Below, one piece after another: positions 9,813-20,166 of a stretch of DNA of 64,000 bases (positions are counted from its first letter, which is position 1; every line of letters starts with the position of its first letter). The notes beneath the pieces were generated by a model, which saw only the letters and a list, made by a program, of their open reading frames with translations, was not told where the DNA came from and did not search any database. A program made the translations under genes and the position numbers. The stretch is from a virus (Duplodnaviria > Caudoviricetes), in the IMG/VR virus record IMGVR_UViG_3300042558_004043; one strand, given 5' to 3'.

Positions 9813-9980
9813 TTATTTTTTGAAAGAATTTTTATATTCTTCGGTTCCGTATTTTTTCCAGTTCCAATTACCGTAAAAGTCGGGATTTTCAACAGAACAT
9901 TCACCAGAAGATTTGTAGTCGGATAAAAATTTATCTGACATTTCTTTGGTATATCTATTTTTAACCTTAAAATTTTTCAT
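9813..9980 (-). CDS. small hypothetical protein (55 aa, not in track)
   Basis: MKNFKVKNRYTKE...; starts immediately after stop of 9981..10838. Confidence 0.5.
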   Translation of the reverse strand: MKNFKVKNRYTKEMSDKFLSDYKSSGECSVENPDFYGNWNWKKYGTEEYKNSFKK

Positions 9981-10838
9981 TCAAAATTTGTTTACATCAC
10001 CATAATTCATGTGTAATTCATCGTGAGAGTCTTTCATCATTTGATATGCTCTGGCAAGACGAGTTAAACCAATACCTCCACCAAATCTTTTAAAGAATTT
10101 GTGAGATAAAAACTCTTCAAGTTCTTTTTCAACTCTTTCTTTACCAAACAATTCAAACAATTTGGCAGAATAACCACCGTTTTCTATAGTATAGAACATT
10201 TGTCTCATTTCATCAACATCACAACTTCTTTCAGCAGAACCAATTGTTTCTTGACCGTAAAGAATAACGTCTACTTTATTGAATTTGTCACCTTCACCTG
10301 ACTTCATGTTCCAAAATGGGTTAGTTCTAACAGGGAAATTTTGTAATGACACCACATCACCTTTTTCTTTCCACATTTTAGTTTCGTGTTCGTTTTCCAA
10401 AATCGGAACTCCGCCATATTCTTCACAAACATCGTCATAATTCACTTCAACAGGAGAATCAAAACCTAAAAACGCAAGTAATTCAGATTCTAATTTAAGT
10501 AATTCTTTCATACCACCCTTTGACTCGAATTCAAACATTGGGAAGATTAATTCGTGACGACCTGGGATTGGGTCTTTTTCTTGTCTGTATGATGTTGAGA
10601 TACAGAACACACCTGGCCATTCGGAATTTTGTAACAATTCATACTCTAACCACATTTGACCTGTTTGTGGTAATGGCCAAATTTGACCTTGATACTCAAA
10701 CGTTGTGATTGAGTGTGGATTCTCACATGCTGCGAGAATTGATAATCTTGATTGGGTCGGAACCTCAAGAAAACCTTTGTTTAGGAAAAAGGTCCTCATC
10801 TTTTGGACCAACTCGTGATAAATTTTTGTGTTTTTCAT
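9981..10838 (-). CDS. class II aminoacyl-tRNA synthetase-like catalytic core (Asp/Asn/Lys type) lacking an anticodon-binding domain
   Basis: motif1 FFLNKGFLEVPT, LPQTGQMWLE, motif2 SYRQE...RHELIFPMFEFE, ETIGSAER, motif3 GGGIGLTRL; only 285 aa. Confidence 0.8.
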   Translation of the reverse strand: MKNTKIYHELVQKMRTFFLNKGFLEVPTQSRLSILAACENPHSITTFEYQGQIWPLPQTGQMWLEYELLQNSEWPGVFCISTSYRQEKDPIPGRHELIFPMFEFESKGGMKELLKLESELLAFLGFDSPVEVNYDDVCEEYGGVPILENEHETKMWKEKGDVVSLQNFPVRTNPFWNMKSGEGDKFNKVDVILYGQETIGSAERSCDVDEMRQMFYTIENGGYSAKLFELFGKERVEKELEEFLSHKFFKRFGGGIGLTRLARAYQMMKDSHDELHMNYGDVNKF

Positions 10839-10982
10839 ATTACTTTAGGGTAAAAAAAAACCTCCCGAAGGAGGTTTGCGTTTATTTATTATTTATTAAA
10901 TTCTTGTTCATTTTGAAATAAATACGAGATAAAGTTGAAAACTAAATATATTTTTTAATTTTTTTTTGTAATATTTATAGAT

Positions 10983-12023
10983 ATGAAAGTTTTGTTATCT
11001 GAGAACCAATTGAAAACACTTATTAAAGAAGATTTGGGAGTCTCCCGGGTTTCCTTGTCCTACAGTAATTTGATATACCAAAAACTCGAACCTAAGGTCC
11101 TTGAATTTATGGAATCAAGAATTCCATCCAAACAAAAAATCATTATAGACTTGAAAGATATTTCACAAATTTTTCAATCAAGTATGGATGATTATATTGA
11201 GTTACCCGTGGAAAAAATTGAAATTGATTTTTCTTGTTTGAAAATTCCAAAAAATACAAAAGAAAACAGATTCACGTCAGGAGGAGGATTTCAATCAATA
11301 GACAAAAAATCATTTGGTGGGTCATATTTAAAATCACCCACACTTGAGTTACCTAAGTATATTTTGGAGGAGATTACTCAAACTTTGTATGTAAAATTAT
11401 TTATAAGTTTTAAAATAGGGATTGAGTTCAATGAAGAATTGAAAGACAAAGCACTATATGACCTTAGAGATACGATAATTCACGAATGTAATCACATGTT
11501 AGAGAGTTATCGAAGGGCTGAATCAGGAGCAAAACAATTTAATACCACCTTGAGTTGGGTTGGAGGTAAAAACTATAACGTAAACAAAGAAATTTACAAA
11601 GTTTGGCAAGAATTTTTGGATATGATATACTATTCAGAACCATATGAAGTAAATGCAAAATCACAAGAGGCGGTTAGCCAAACATCAATATTACCCTTTG
11701 AAGAATTCAAAAAAACTAAACTTTGGTCCAACGCATCAGTCATGAAAAACTTTGATGCCGATACGTTTTTTGATAAGTTGACAAATAAAATTCAAGAAGT
11801 GAACCCCGATAAACTACTGTCTATTTTGAACAATTTATATAAATGGTTTATGACCGATTATTACAAATGGATGAGAGTTTACGGTGAAAAACCGGCACGG
11901 TATATAGAAAAAACTGAAGGTTTGTTAGATTTGATTAATAATTTCCAACCAAGAATCAATAAGGCCGGTGACAAACTGCAAAGAAATTTCATGAGATTAT
12001 ATACTTTAGAACTCGAAAAATAA
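10983..12023 (+). CDS. putative virion protein with HExxH motif
   Basis: IIHECNHMLE; N-term MKVLLSENQLKTLIKE; TATTTATA at 10972. Confidence 0.6.
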   Translation: MKVLLSENQLKTLIKEDLGVSRVSLSYSNLIYQKLEPKVLEFMESRIPSKQKIIIDLKDISQIFQSSMDDYIELPVEKIEIDFSCLKIPKNTKENRFTSGGGFQSIDKKSFGGSYLKSPTLELPKYILEEITQTLYVKLFISFKIGIEFNEELKDKALYDLRDTIIHECNHMLESYRRAESGAKQFNTTLSWVGGKNYNVNKEIYKVWQEFLDMIYYSEPYEVNAKSQEAVSQTSILPFEEFKKTKLWSNASVMKNFDADTFFDKLTNKIQEVNPDKLLSILNNLYKWFMTDYYKWMRVYGEKPARYIEKTEGLLDLINNFQPRINKAGDKLQRNFMRLYTLELEK

Positions 12024-12166
12024 TATATTTGTCATATATTTTTATAAAAAACTGACATTTTGTCAGTTTTTTTGTTTTGGCACATTAGTTAATAATGTAG
12101 ATTTGGAGTTGACTCCATAAAAGTTTTTTAATATACTTTAAAAAAATAAAAATAATTTTTTAAACT

Positions 12167-14044
12167 ATGGGTAAAATTATAGGTATTGATTTAGGAACAA
12201 CAAATTCATGTGTTGCCGTTATGGAAAATGGCGAACCTGTTGTGATTACAAACAGTGAAGGAAAAAGAACCACCCCTTCGATTGTTGGTTTTGCAAATGG
12301 TGGTGATAGAAAGATTGGTGACCCGGCAAAACGTCAAGCGGTTACAAATCCTGATAAAACAGTTTACTCCATTAAGCGTTTTATGGGAGCAAGTTTCGAT
12401 GAAAGTAAAAAAGAAATCAAGCGTGTTCCTTATAAAGTGGTTAAAGGTGAGGGTAACACTCCTCGTGTTCAAATTGAGGACAAGAAGTTTTCAGCTCAGG
12501 AAATTTCGGCGATGGTTCTTCAGAAAATGAAGCAAACTGCCGAAGACTATTTGGGTGAAACAGTAACTGATGCGGTTATTACAGTACCAGCATATTTCAA
12601 TGATGCTCAACGTCAGGCAACAAAAGAAGCCGGTGAAATTGCAGGTCTAACTGTTAAACGTATTATTAACGAACCAACCGCGGCGGCACTTGCCTATGGT
12701 CTTGACAAAAAAGGTCAGGATATGAAAGTTGTTGTGTTTGACTGTGGTGGTGGTACTCACGACGTATCGGTTCTTGAACTTGGTGATGGGGTATTTGAAG
12801 TTTTGTCAACTGACGGTGATACACACCTAGGTGGTGATGACTTTGACCAAGCAATTATCGACTGGCTCGTTCAAGAGTTCAAAGATGAAAATGGTTTGGA
12901 TTTGAATCAAGACCCAATGGCACTTCAGCGTCTTCGTGAAGGAGCTGAAAAAGCAAAGATTGAACTTTCATCTTCACCATCAACGGAAATCAATCTTCCT
13001 TACATTATGCCGGTAGATGGTATGCCAAAACACTTGGTTCGTACAATGACAAAGGCAAAGTTCGAGCAGTTGGTTGACAGTTTGGTACAACGTACAATTG
13101 CACCATGTAAATCGGCCTTGAAAAACGCAGGTTTGAAACCAAAAGACATCGATGAAGTTATCTTGGTTGGAGGTTCAACTAGAATTCCTGCAATCCAAGA
13201 GGCAGTTAAAAAGTTCTTCGGTAAAGAACCATCAAAAGGAGTTAACCCTGATGAAGTTGTAGCACTTGGTGCTGCAATTCAAGGAGGAGTACTCGCAGGT
13301 GACGTTAAAGACGTATTGTTGTTGGATGTAACACCACTTTCACTCGGTATTGAAACGATGGGTGGAGTATTCACAAAACTTATTGAGTCAAACACAACAA
13401 TTCCGACAAAAAAGTCACAAGTTTTCTCAACCGCAGTTGACAATCAACCATCAGTAGAAATTCACGTTCTACAGGGAGAAAGAGCAATGGCTCAAGACAA
13501 TAGAACAATTGGTCGTTTCTTCCTTGATGGTCTTCCAACGGCAATGAGAGGAGTTCCACAAATCGAAGTAACTTTTGACATCGATGCTAACGGTATTATC
13601 AATGTTTCAGCAAAAGACAAAGCCACTGACAAAGAGCAATCAATCCGTATTGAAAGTTCGACAGGACTTTCTAAAGAGGAAATTGAACAAATGAAACGTG
13701 ATGCTGAGTTAAATGCCGAAGCGGACGCTAAAGCTCGTGAAAATGCTGACATAATAAATCAAGGAGATTCTATGGCGTTCCAAGCTGAAAAAACTCTAAA
13801 GGATTTAGAAGAAAAAATGACCGATGAACAAAAAACTCAATTAACCGATGCTTTGGCTGAATTAAAAACAGCCCTACAAGAGAAGGAAGTTGAAAAGGTT
13901 AGAGACGCAACTGCAAAAGTTGCAATCACATCTCAAACAATTACCCAAGGAATTTATAGTCAGTCTGGTTCTGAAGGTGAAGGCGGTCAAACTATGGATG
14001 AAGAAGTTTCAGACGTAGATTTTGAAGAAGTACAACCTAAGTAA
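12167..14044 (+). CDS. dnaK: Hsp70 chaperone DnaK
   Basis: [54 protein letters not shown]; full length 625 aa. Confidence 0.98.
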   Translation: MGKIIGIDLGTTNSCVAVMENGEPVVITNSEGKRTTPSIVGFANGGDRKIGDPAKRQAVTNPDKTVYSIKRFMGASFDESKKEIKRVPYKVVKGEGNTPRVQIEDKKFSAQEISAMVLQKMKQTAEDYLGETVTDAVITVPAYFNDAQRQATKEAGEIAGLTVKRIINEPTAAALAYGLDKKGQDMKVVVFDCGGGTHDVSVLELGDGVFEVLSTDGDTHLGGDDFDQAIIDWLVQEFKDENGLDLNQDPMALQRLREGAEKAKIELSSSPSTEINLPYIMPVDGMPKHLVRTMTKAKFEQLVDSLVQRTIAPCKSALKNAGLKPKDIDEVILVGGSTRIPAIQEAVKKFFGKEPSKGVNPDEVVALGAAIQGGVLAGDVKDVLLLDVTPLSLGIETMGGVFTKLIESNTTIPTKKSQVFSTAVDNQPSVEIHVLQGERAMAQDNRTIGRFFLDGLPTAMRGVPQIEVTFDIDANGIINVSAKDKATDKEQSIRIESSTGLSKEEIEQMKRDAELNAEADAKARENADIINQGDSMAFQAEKTLKDLEEKMTDEQKTQLTDALAELKTALQEKEVEKVRDATAKVAITSQTITQGIYSQSGSEGEGGQTMDEEVSDVDFEEVQPK

Positions 14045-14059
14045 TCGTAAAAAAATGTT

Positions 14060-14086
14060 AAAATCCCCACTTCGGTGGGGATTTTT
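14060..14086 (+). terminator. intrinsic terminator after dnaK
   Basis: AAAATCCCCAC-TTCG-GTGGGGATTTTT. Confidence 0.85.
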
Positions 14087-14101
14087 GTTTATATTTGTCA
14101 A

Positions 14102-14281
14102 ATGATTTATTTCATCATACAATGTTTAATTTTTACTTTTTCAAGAAGATTTGGAATGTATTACTTGGAAGATGAAAAATTTGTATCTTTGTGGGATGAA
14201 TTAAAAAAACTATTAAATATATTCCTTTGGAGTATTCCTTTAATGTTAGTAACAAATTTAGTAATTAATTTTTTATTGTAA
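14102..14281 (+). CDS. small membrane protein
   Basis: ATG 14102 after TATATTTG 14090-14097; two hydrophobic segments. Confidence 0.5.
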   Translation: MIYFIIQCLIFTFSRRFGMYYLEDEKFVSLWDELKKLLNIFLWSIPLMLVTNLVINFLL

Positions 14282-14283
14282 TA

Positions 14284-14424
14284 ATGAGTAAAATAACAAG
14301 AAAATACGAAACCGAGGACACAATCTCAATTTGGACTTACGACTTGGACAAATTTAAGAACGGTCCAATATCAGTTGAAACAATTGATAAGAAACCAGAA
14401 CCTGTTAAGAAAAAACGAAAATAA
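14284..14424 (+). CDS. small hypothetical protein (46 aa, not in track)
   Basis: MSKITRKYETEDTISIWTYDL... Confidence 0.5.
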   Translation: MSKITRKYETEDTISIWTYDLDKFKNGPISVETIDKKPEPVKKKRK

Positions 14425-14450
14425 AAAACCCCCTATAAAAGGGGGTTATT

Positions 14451-14738
14451 TTAATTAGGTTCTTCTTCATCCTTTTTCTTTCTACCTCTTCTGTCTGTGA
14501 ACTTGTCAAAACTTGCAAGACCTAGACAACCAAACGCCAATAATGCAACCGCGTCAACTAAGTATTCTGCAGGTGCAACATCAACATTGGAAAAGCTATT
14601 GTGATACATGGTTAAACATAGTGCTATGGCACAACCCATACCCACAATTCTTTTTGATGAGGGATTACCTTTCTCGTCGTTAAAAATACCTTTTAACCAA
14701 AGAAGGGCTTCTCCAAAAAGAGCAACAATTTTTTTCAT
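14451..14738 (-). CDS. two-TM holin-like membrane protein
   Basis: PSSKRIVG then two TM helices and a charged C-tail. Confidence 0.5.
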   Translation of the reverse strand: MKKIVALFGEALLWLKGIFNDEKGNPSSKRIVGMGCAIALCLTMYHNSFSNVDVAPAEYLVDAVALLAFGCLGLASFDKFTDRRGRKKKDEEEPN

Positions 14739-14759
14739 TTTTTCAGTTTTAGTTTGAGT

Positions 14760-14888
14760 TTATTTTTTTCCTTGACCTCTGTAAGCTTTGGGTTTTTCTT
14801 CTTTTGGTCCGTACTTTCTTTTAGACTTTCCTTTTTTACGTGTACCAAAAGTTTCTTTAGACCCAACAGCGCTACCTGATTTTGCCAT
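14760..14888 (-). CDS. very small basic protein (42 aa, not in track)
   Basis: MAKSGSAVGSKETFGTRKKGKSKRKYGPKEEKPKAYRGQGKK; TATTTATA upstream on minus strand. Confidence 0.65.
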   Translation of the reverse strand: MAKSGSAVGSKETFGTRKKGKSKRKYGPKEEKPKAYRGQGKK

Positions 14889-15012
14889 AATTTTTATTTT
14901 TTAGATAATTTATTTATTATATAAATATTAGGGCAACAAAAAAGGGGACAGTAGCGAACTTCCCCTTTTCCTGTTATGTAACATAACGGTCCTAAGACTC
15001 CTCTTTCGAGGT

Positions 15013-15543
15013 TTATTTTTCTTTAACTAACATTAAACATCTTTTTAAATATTCTTTCGCTCTTGGAGATGGGGTATACTCGTCATCTTTAGTTTGAAGA
15101 GCGAGTACCCTTTCAATGTCTTTAACTAGTTCTGTCCCGTGTTCATTTTCTTTATATAGTTCGATTACTTTATCCATGGCTTTATGACATTCTCCTGATG
15201 TTTCATCGTAGTAGTTTTTGTTTTTAAATTTATTCAAATGATTCATCATTTCATAAGAAAGATGGGCACCACCGTCATTAACGTCTTTAAATAATCTTAG
15301 GTTATTTAAAATACCTAAAGTGTCCACCATTGAGTTTACTCCTCTTTTTCTTTTTGTCACACCTGGAGAATATAAATCATAATCACCGGCCTCACCAACA
15401 AGTTCAGTCAATGGGATAGAATTGGTGGTCATACATTTTGGTTTAGATTCTTGAGTTTCTTTAGAATCCATTCCCATTTCCTCTTTCAGGTGTTGTCTAA
15501 TTATTTTTCTAAGTTCACCCTCGTTTATCGTAATTCTTTTCAT
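15013..15543 (-). CDS. hypothetical putative virion protein
   Basis: N-term MKRITINEGELRKIIRQHLKEE; TATTTATA upstream. Confidence 0.7.
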   Translation of the reverse strand: MKRITINEGELRKIIRQHLKEEMGMDSKETQESKPKCMTTNSIPLTELVGEAGDYDLYSPGVTKRKRGVNSMVDTLGILNNLRLFKDVNDGGAHLSYEMMNHLNKFKNKNYYDETSGECHKAMDKVIELYKENEHGTELVKDIERVLALQTKDDEYTPSPRAKEYLKRCLMLVKEK

Positions 15544-15652
15544 GACAATTTTATTTATAAATATTATTTGACTGTGAATTATTCTTCGATACCAATATTT
15601 ATATTAAAAGTATTTTAGACTCGTTCTATAAAAAGTAAATTACAAAACATGA

Positions 15653-15877
15653 GTGATGGCGATAACAAAATCAACCTGGAGGAAAATTTTTGTGGGAAAC
15701 CTGTCGGTAAAGTTTTTGATGTTAGGGATGTTCTTCAACCCTTTCGGTTTCGATTTGGTTCAATATCAACTTATTTTACTAACAGGAAGTTTGTGGAACG
15801 CAAATTTGGTTTTGTATTTTATTTCGGCCTTTTTCTTTGGTCTATCTTTTTTATCTCAAAAATATTCATCTAAATAA
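15653..15877 (+). CDS. small membrane protein
   Basis: LGMFFNPFGFD plus two hydrophobic helices; preferred to overlapping 15649..15873 frame. Confidence 0.55.
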   Translation: MMAITKSTWRKIFVGNLSVKFLMLGMFFNPFGFDLVQYQLILLTGSLWNANLVLYFISAFFFGLSFLSQKYSSK

Positions 15878-15878
15878 A

Positions 15879-16091
15879 TTAACTATTTTCTGATTCATCA
15901 TTAGATTCGGAAACATTATTTGGTATGATTTGCTGTAACCAAATGTCAAAAATCAAATAATAAATCCACCATGTGATATTGTCTAATGGGTGTTGTTGGG
16001 GGTTTATTGAGTTCATAATTAAACCACCAACTACTCTATAACATACGTATAATCTAATTACAACTAAAAATACCATCAAAAATTTTTTCAT
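15879..16091 (-). CDS. small membrane protein
   Basis: hydrophobic; TATATTTG promoter on minus strand at 16109-16116. Confidence 0.55.
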   Translation of the reverse strand: MKKFLMVFLVVIRLYVCYRVVGGLIMNSINPQQHPLDNITWWIYYLIFDIWLQQIIPNNVSESNDESENS

Positions 16092-16143
16092 AGGAAATTT
16101 ATTTGATACAAATATAGGGATATTTATTTAAAAAACATACCAC

Positions 16144-16548
16144 ATGAGTAAAATTATAAGATTGACAGAATCAGATTTGAAAAGAATTATTGAGATGGTT
16201 ACCGCTCAGATGAATGAAGGTATCATATATGAAGATGAATATGGAAGTGTTGTTGAAACTGATTTCGAATCAACTGACGTTTTAAATGAAGCGGAGTATA
16301 AGGGTAGAAAAGTACAGCTTGGTAAAATCATGCAAGGTGATATTAAAAAGTTTAAAGTTTATGTTAAGAATGAAAATGGTAAAGTTGTTAAGGTAAACTT
16401 TGGTTTTGGTGGTAAGTCCGCAAAAGGAAAAAGAATGACAATCAAGAAAAATAATCCTGAAAGAAGAAAATCTTTCAGAGCGAGACACAATTGTGACAAT
16501 CCTGGACCAAGATGGAAACCAAGATATTGGGCGTGTCGTACTTGGTAA
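16144..16548 (+). CDS. putative virion protein with conserved basic C-terminal domain
   Basis: N-term IIRLTESDLKRIIE; KVNFG...RRKSFRARHNC...YWACRTW. Confidence 0.7.
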   Translation: MSKIIRLTESDLKRIIEMVTAQMNEGIIYEDEYGSVVETDFESTDVLNEAEYKGRKVQLGKIMQGDIKKFKVYVKNENGKVVKVNFGFGGKSAKGKRMTIKKNNPERRKSFRARHNCDNPGPRWKPRYWACRTW

Positions 16549-17556
16549 TTACTTATCGTATCTTTTACGGGCGTTTTCTGTTATGAACACAAAATCAGAG
16601 TATTTGAATGACTCAAGATTTTTTGAATTGGTATAAGACATTGCCGACCTCAAATAATCCTTAAAGTTTTCAGTCCAACCCGTTAATGTGTATTCGACTT
16701 TATTCATCCGATGGACACCTTCGGATGTTTTAATTTTACCTCGGCCCCATTTTTTCTGAACTTCTTTTGTACTCATACCTCTAAACTTTTTGTAGAAATA
16801 CTTTCTCATAAACGGATACTTTTCCCAAATTTTAATTGCTCGTTCTTTGGATAATTTAAACTTACCAAACAACAGAGTGTCTGAACATGACTCCAAAGTT
16901 TTATTCAACATACCTCCTAACATTACATAGTCAGCACCCAAAGCGAGAGCTTTAATAATGTCATCGTAATTTCTGAAGCCTCCATCTGCAACAATTTTAG
17001 AATTATACCCCCACTGTTTTTTAATTTCAAAACATTCCTTAATTAAAGACGCCATTGGGTAATGGACACCAGTATTTGCCGATGTTAAACAACCACTACC
17101 ACCACCAATACCAACACGAACATACTTAACACCAATCTCGGCAAATTTTTCATATGTTTTTGGGTTGGCAATATTTCCAATCATTAATTCACCATATGGG
17201 TATTGTTCCATAAACTTTTTGGATAAATTGTATAGTTTTTCCATATGACCGTTGGCAATATCAACCAGTATTTTTGGTAGTACCGAACACTTGGTATTTA
17301 CCAATTTCTCAAATTCATCTAATGATATTGATTTGAAACCTGTATAAGTTGGTTCCAAACCTCTTGGGTAACATAGAACCATGTTTTCTTGCCAAAAATC
17401 GATAGAACTTGTATAATCAATGACAGTATCCATTGGTGATACCATAAGGGGTAAATGACGCGAATCAGTCAAAATATCAATTTCACTACGAGACGAAATT
17501 GATGATATGGTTTCAGGAACCAATGTGATATCTTTGAAATCGAACTTTTTATCCAT
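16549..17556 (-). CDS. IMP dehydrogenase/GMP reductase family protein (no CBS domains)
   Basis: SPMDTV, DIANGH, GNIA, GIGGGSGC (catalytic Cys), ADGG, FRGMS, SEG. Confidence 0.9.
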   Translation of the reverse strand: MDKKFDFKDITLVPETISSISSRSEIDILTDSRHLPLMVSPMDTVIDYTSSIDFWQENMVLCYPRGLEPTYTGFKSISLDEFEKLVNTKCSVLPKILVDIANGHMEKLYNLSKKFMEQYPYGELMIGNIANPKTYEKFAEIGVKYVRVGIGGGSGCLTSANTGVHYPMASLIKECFEIKKQWGYNSKIVADGGFRNYDDIIKALALGADYVMLGGMLNKTLESCSDTLLFGKFKLSKERAIKIWEKYPFMRKYFYKKFRGMSTKEVQKKWGRGKIKTSEGVHRMNKVEYTLTGWTENFKDYLRSAMSYTNSKNLESFKYSDFVFITENARKRYDK

Positions 17557-17619
17557 ATTATTTGTTTAACACTAAAATATAAGTGAAAAATTATTATCGG
17601 TCAAAGAGTATTTATTGAT

Positions 17620-18630
17620 ATGTTAAGTGAAAAAGCGATAGATAGGATTAATGGTCTATTAAAAGATAATACTTTCAATTATACCGGGGAACTTATACAA
17701 AATTTAAACGGTAATATTAATTTCAAGATTGAGTTATTGGGTTATAGAAATATGATAAGAGTTGGTGAGCCATACCCATACATGAGGGTAAAAATAACTA
17801 TTACCGATATCAAAGATAGAGTTAGTAGACTTGTTCTTTTACAACTTAAAAAAGTAGAAAAGGAAGATATATTACGTCATTTAGATAGAAATATGTGGAC
17901 GTTCAAACGTGGAGTTCAAAATTACTTATCTTCGGTACTCCAATTCTTCGACACAGAAAATTATGAAAATGTTGTTATTGATGAATTTGTTTTTGATTAT
18001 GATATTGACGAGGATGAACTTGTAAGGGATTTAAGGGAACAAAAAGTACCCACTTTGGCAGTTAGAACTGTAATTAGAGATATTGTAACGGTTTTAAAAT
18101 CAGGTAAAACTGATGAAATTATGTTACCTTATGACTTAAATGGTCAAGAAAGTTATGAGATAATGAATTTTCCTGAGTTTGACGTTTTTTTGGATGTTAG
18201 ACAGGTTGATTTTGAAGAGATTAAATCAGGTGCTGACTTTTTAATACAGTCAGGTTATGTGTCTGAGGGGCAACAATTACAAATTTTAATTCAGTATGTA
18301 CCTGAGAGACTACAAAAATCATTACATTCTATAGTTGGAAATCTTAATGACGATATTGCACACGAACTACAACATTTGAGACAGGATGTTGAAGGTAGAC
18401 TCGATATTACCGATTATAAAGGGTCAAATGTTGGATATTTTTTACAACCAGATGAAATTGAGGCTCAATATAGAGGACTCAAAAGAAAATCGAAGATTAT
18501 GGGATTACCTATGATTGATGTTGTTGATGATTGGTTTGAAAATAATGCAAAAAGATTTAGGTTATCTGATAAGGACGTTGCAAAGATAAAATCCGCTATT
18601 ATGAACTATCCTAAGAAGAAAATCTCTTAA
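17620..18630 (+). CDS. putative virion protein with HExxH motif
   Basis: IAHELQHLRQ...YFLQPDEIEA; TATTTAT at 17609. Confidence 0.6.
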   Translation: MLSEKAIDRINGLLKDNTFNYTGELIQNLNGNINFKIELLGYRNMIRVGEPYPYMRVKITITDIKDRVSRLVLLQLKKVEKEDILRHLDRNMWTFKRGVQNYLSSVLQFFDTENYENVVIDEFVFDYDIDEDELVRDLREQKVPTLAVRTVIRDIVTVLKSGKTDEIMLPYDLNGQESYEIMNFPEFDVFLDVRQVDFEEIKSGADFLIQSGYVSEGQQLQILIQYVPERLQKSLHSIVGNLNDDIAHELQHLRQDVEGRLDITDYKGSNVGYFLQPDEIEAQYRGLKRKSKIMGLPMIDVVDDWFENNAKRFRLSDKDVAKIKSAIMNYPKKKIS

Positions 18631-19240
18631 TTATTTTACTAATTGAATTTCTAAGACCTATTGATGATACAGTTAGTAGTCCTGAAGTTAACAATCTATC
18701 TGAAATTTCCTTAACAGTAGAACTATCAATTTCACCACTTGTGGCGTATTGGGCCAAATAGAATAAAATCGGGGCTAAAAACGCATATGACATCAAGTTT
18801 GTCACTTTATATAAATGTAAATTTAAACTTCCCATGAAATCCATAAAAGCGGTTTTAAATTCCTGACTTTTATATAATGCCATTTTGAATGGTTCTTCTA
18901 AACCTTTTTCTTTAATAACATTAAGAACTTCTTTAACTTTTGATTTATTGTCTTGGAAGTATATTGCAATAACCCCAAGTAATACTATACTCAACTCTGT
19001 GTCAGATAGCCCTGAATAGTTACCACGTATAAATCTTGATAATGGCTCAATTAAACCACCAATAGTCGCCCCCCACGATATCAAAATATTAAAATGACCC
19101 CCAAATTCCTTAGAGGTTTCCTCAATAATATTTTTAACAGTTTCGTAGTTAGTTTTTAAAACACCAATCAATTCATCAACGATTGATTCAGTGATTAAAA
19201 CTTTTTTTTGACTTTCGTTTATTACTACAGTTAATTTCAT
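18611..19240 (-). CDS. hypothetical protein with hydrophobic helices
   Basis: ATG 19240 (MKLTVVINESQKKVLITE) preceded by TATTTAT on minus strand. Confidence 0.65.
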   Translation of the reverse strand: MKLTVVINESQKKVLITESIVDELIGVLKTNYETVKNIIEETSKEFGGHFNILISWGATIGGLIEPLSRFIRGNYSGLSDTELSIVLLGVIAIYFQDNKSKVKEVLNVIKEKGLEEPFKMALYKSQEFKTAFMDFMGSLNLHLYKVTNLMSYAFLAPILFYLAQYATSGEIDSSTVKEISDRLLTSGLLTVSSIGLRNSISKIIKRFSS

Positions 19241-19284
19241 ACAATAATAAATACTTGAAATATATTTATTGTTAAAGTCAAAAT

Positions 19285-19887
19285 ATGATAAATCCAAAAT
19301 TAAAGGTCGGAGATAGGGTCCAGATATTACATATGGAGGATGAGATGGATATAATTCCTATGGGAACATGGGGAATAGTAGAAAGAGTTTCTAATGTAAT
19401 GGACGAAGACATTTATGGTGTTAAATGGGATAATGGTAAAACTTTAAACATTTTATCAACCTCCGATGTTTGGGACACCGAAGAAAATAGAGGTAAATTC
19501 AAAAAGAAAAAAATAACTGAGCAGGGTGAAATTGAAAGACATAATGCCTTGTATGGCAATATGGATGTGTTTACCAATTTTAAAATGAGGTACTTACAAG
19601 AGTATTTAAAAAAAGTTAGAGAGTGTGGTGCCGTAAATATGTTTACCGCGGCTCATTTTCTTTACATGGGAAGAGACCGAATGGAACATATGTTTCGTTA
19701 TCAGGATATTGAAAGTGATATTTGTGAAGAAGTTTTGGATATGGCAAACATGGCACAACATGAAATGGTATCAGGGGTTATTAAGGTTTTAGAAAGCGAA
19801 GGAAAAGAGGTTGAGTTAAATAAAATTAACAGATATCTCCAAAGATACTCTCAAAAAGTTTTAGATGTTTACATGCATATATTCTGA
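19285..19887 (+). CDS. DUF4314-like plus DUF5049-like protein
   Basis: LKVGDRVQILHM...VKWDNGKTL and VRECGAVNMF patterns. Confidence 0.5.
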   Translation: MINPKLKVGDRVQILHMEDEMDIIPMGTWGIVERVSNVMDEDIYGVKWDNGKTLNILSTSDVWDTEENRGKFKKKKITEQGEIERHNALYGNMDVFTNFKMRYLQEYLKKVRECGAVNMFTAAHFLYMGRDRMEHMFRYQDIESDICEEVLDMANMAQHEMVSGVIKVLESEGKEVELNKINRYLQRYSQKVLDVYMHIF

Positions 19888-20166
19888 GTAATAAATTATT
19901 TTATCATTATCAGGAATAGGGGTTATATTTAAATCCAAAAAAACGGGATTTTGGTCTCCGGCATAAAGTCCCAAAATATTATAATCATAATATTCTTCGG
20001 CTTCATCCATAGTCATACCATCTCTGACCATTAAAATATTCAAAATTTTTTCTTTTGAATATAAAATTCTTCTTCCGTTAAAATCTTCAACAATACCAAT
20101 AATAGCGGTATCTAAATCTGAAAGTATTACCGCACCTTCGGCGTATTCGTTAATATCTATTGTCAT
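19861..20166 (-). CDS. conserved phage hypothetical protein
   Basis: DLDTAIIG...LYSKEKI...EAEEYYDYNILGLYAG pattern. Confidence 0.65.
   Translation of the reverse strand: MTIDINEYAEGAVILSDLDTAIIGIVEDFNGRRILYSKEKILNILMVRDGMTMDEAEEYYDYNILGLYAGDQNPVFLDLNITPIPDNDKIIYYSEYMHVNI

Noticed and set aside
12077-12101. CIRCE element upstream of dnaK
   Set aside because: Only a TTGGCAC half-site; the GAGTGCTAA arm is missing.
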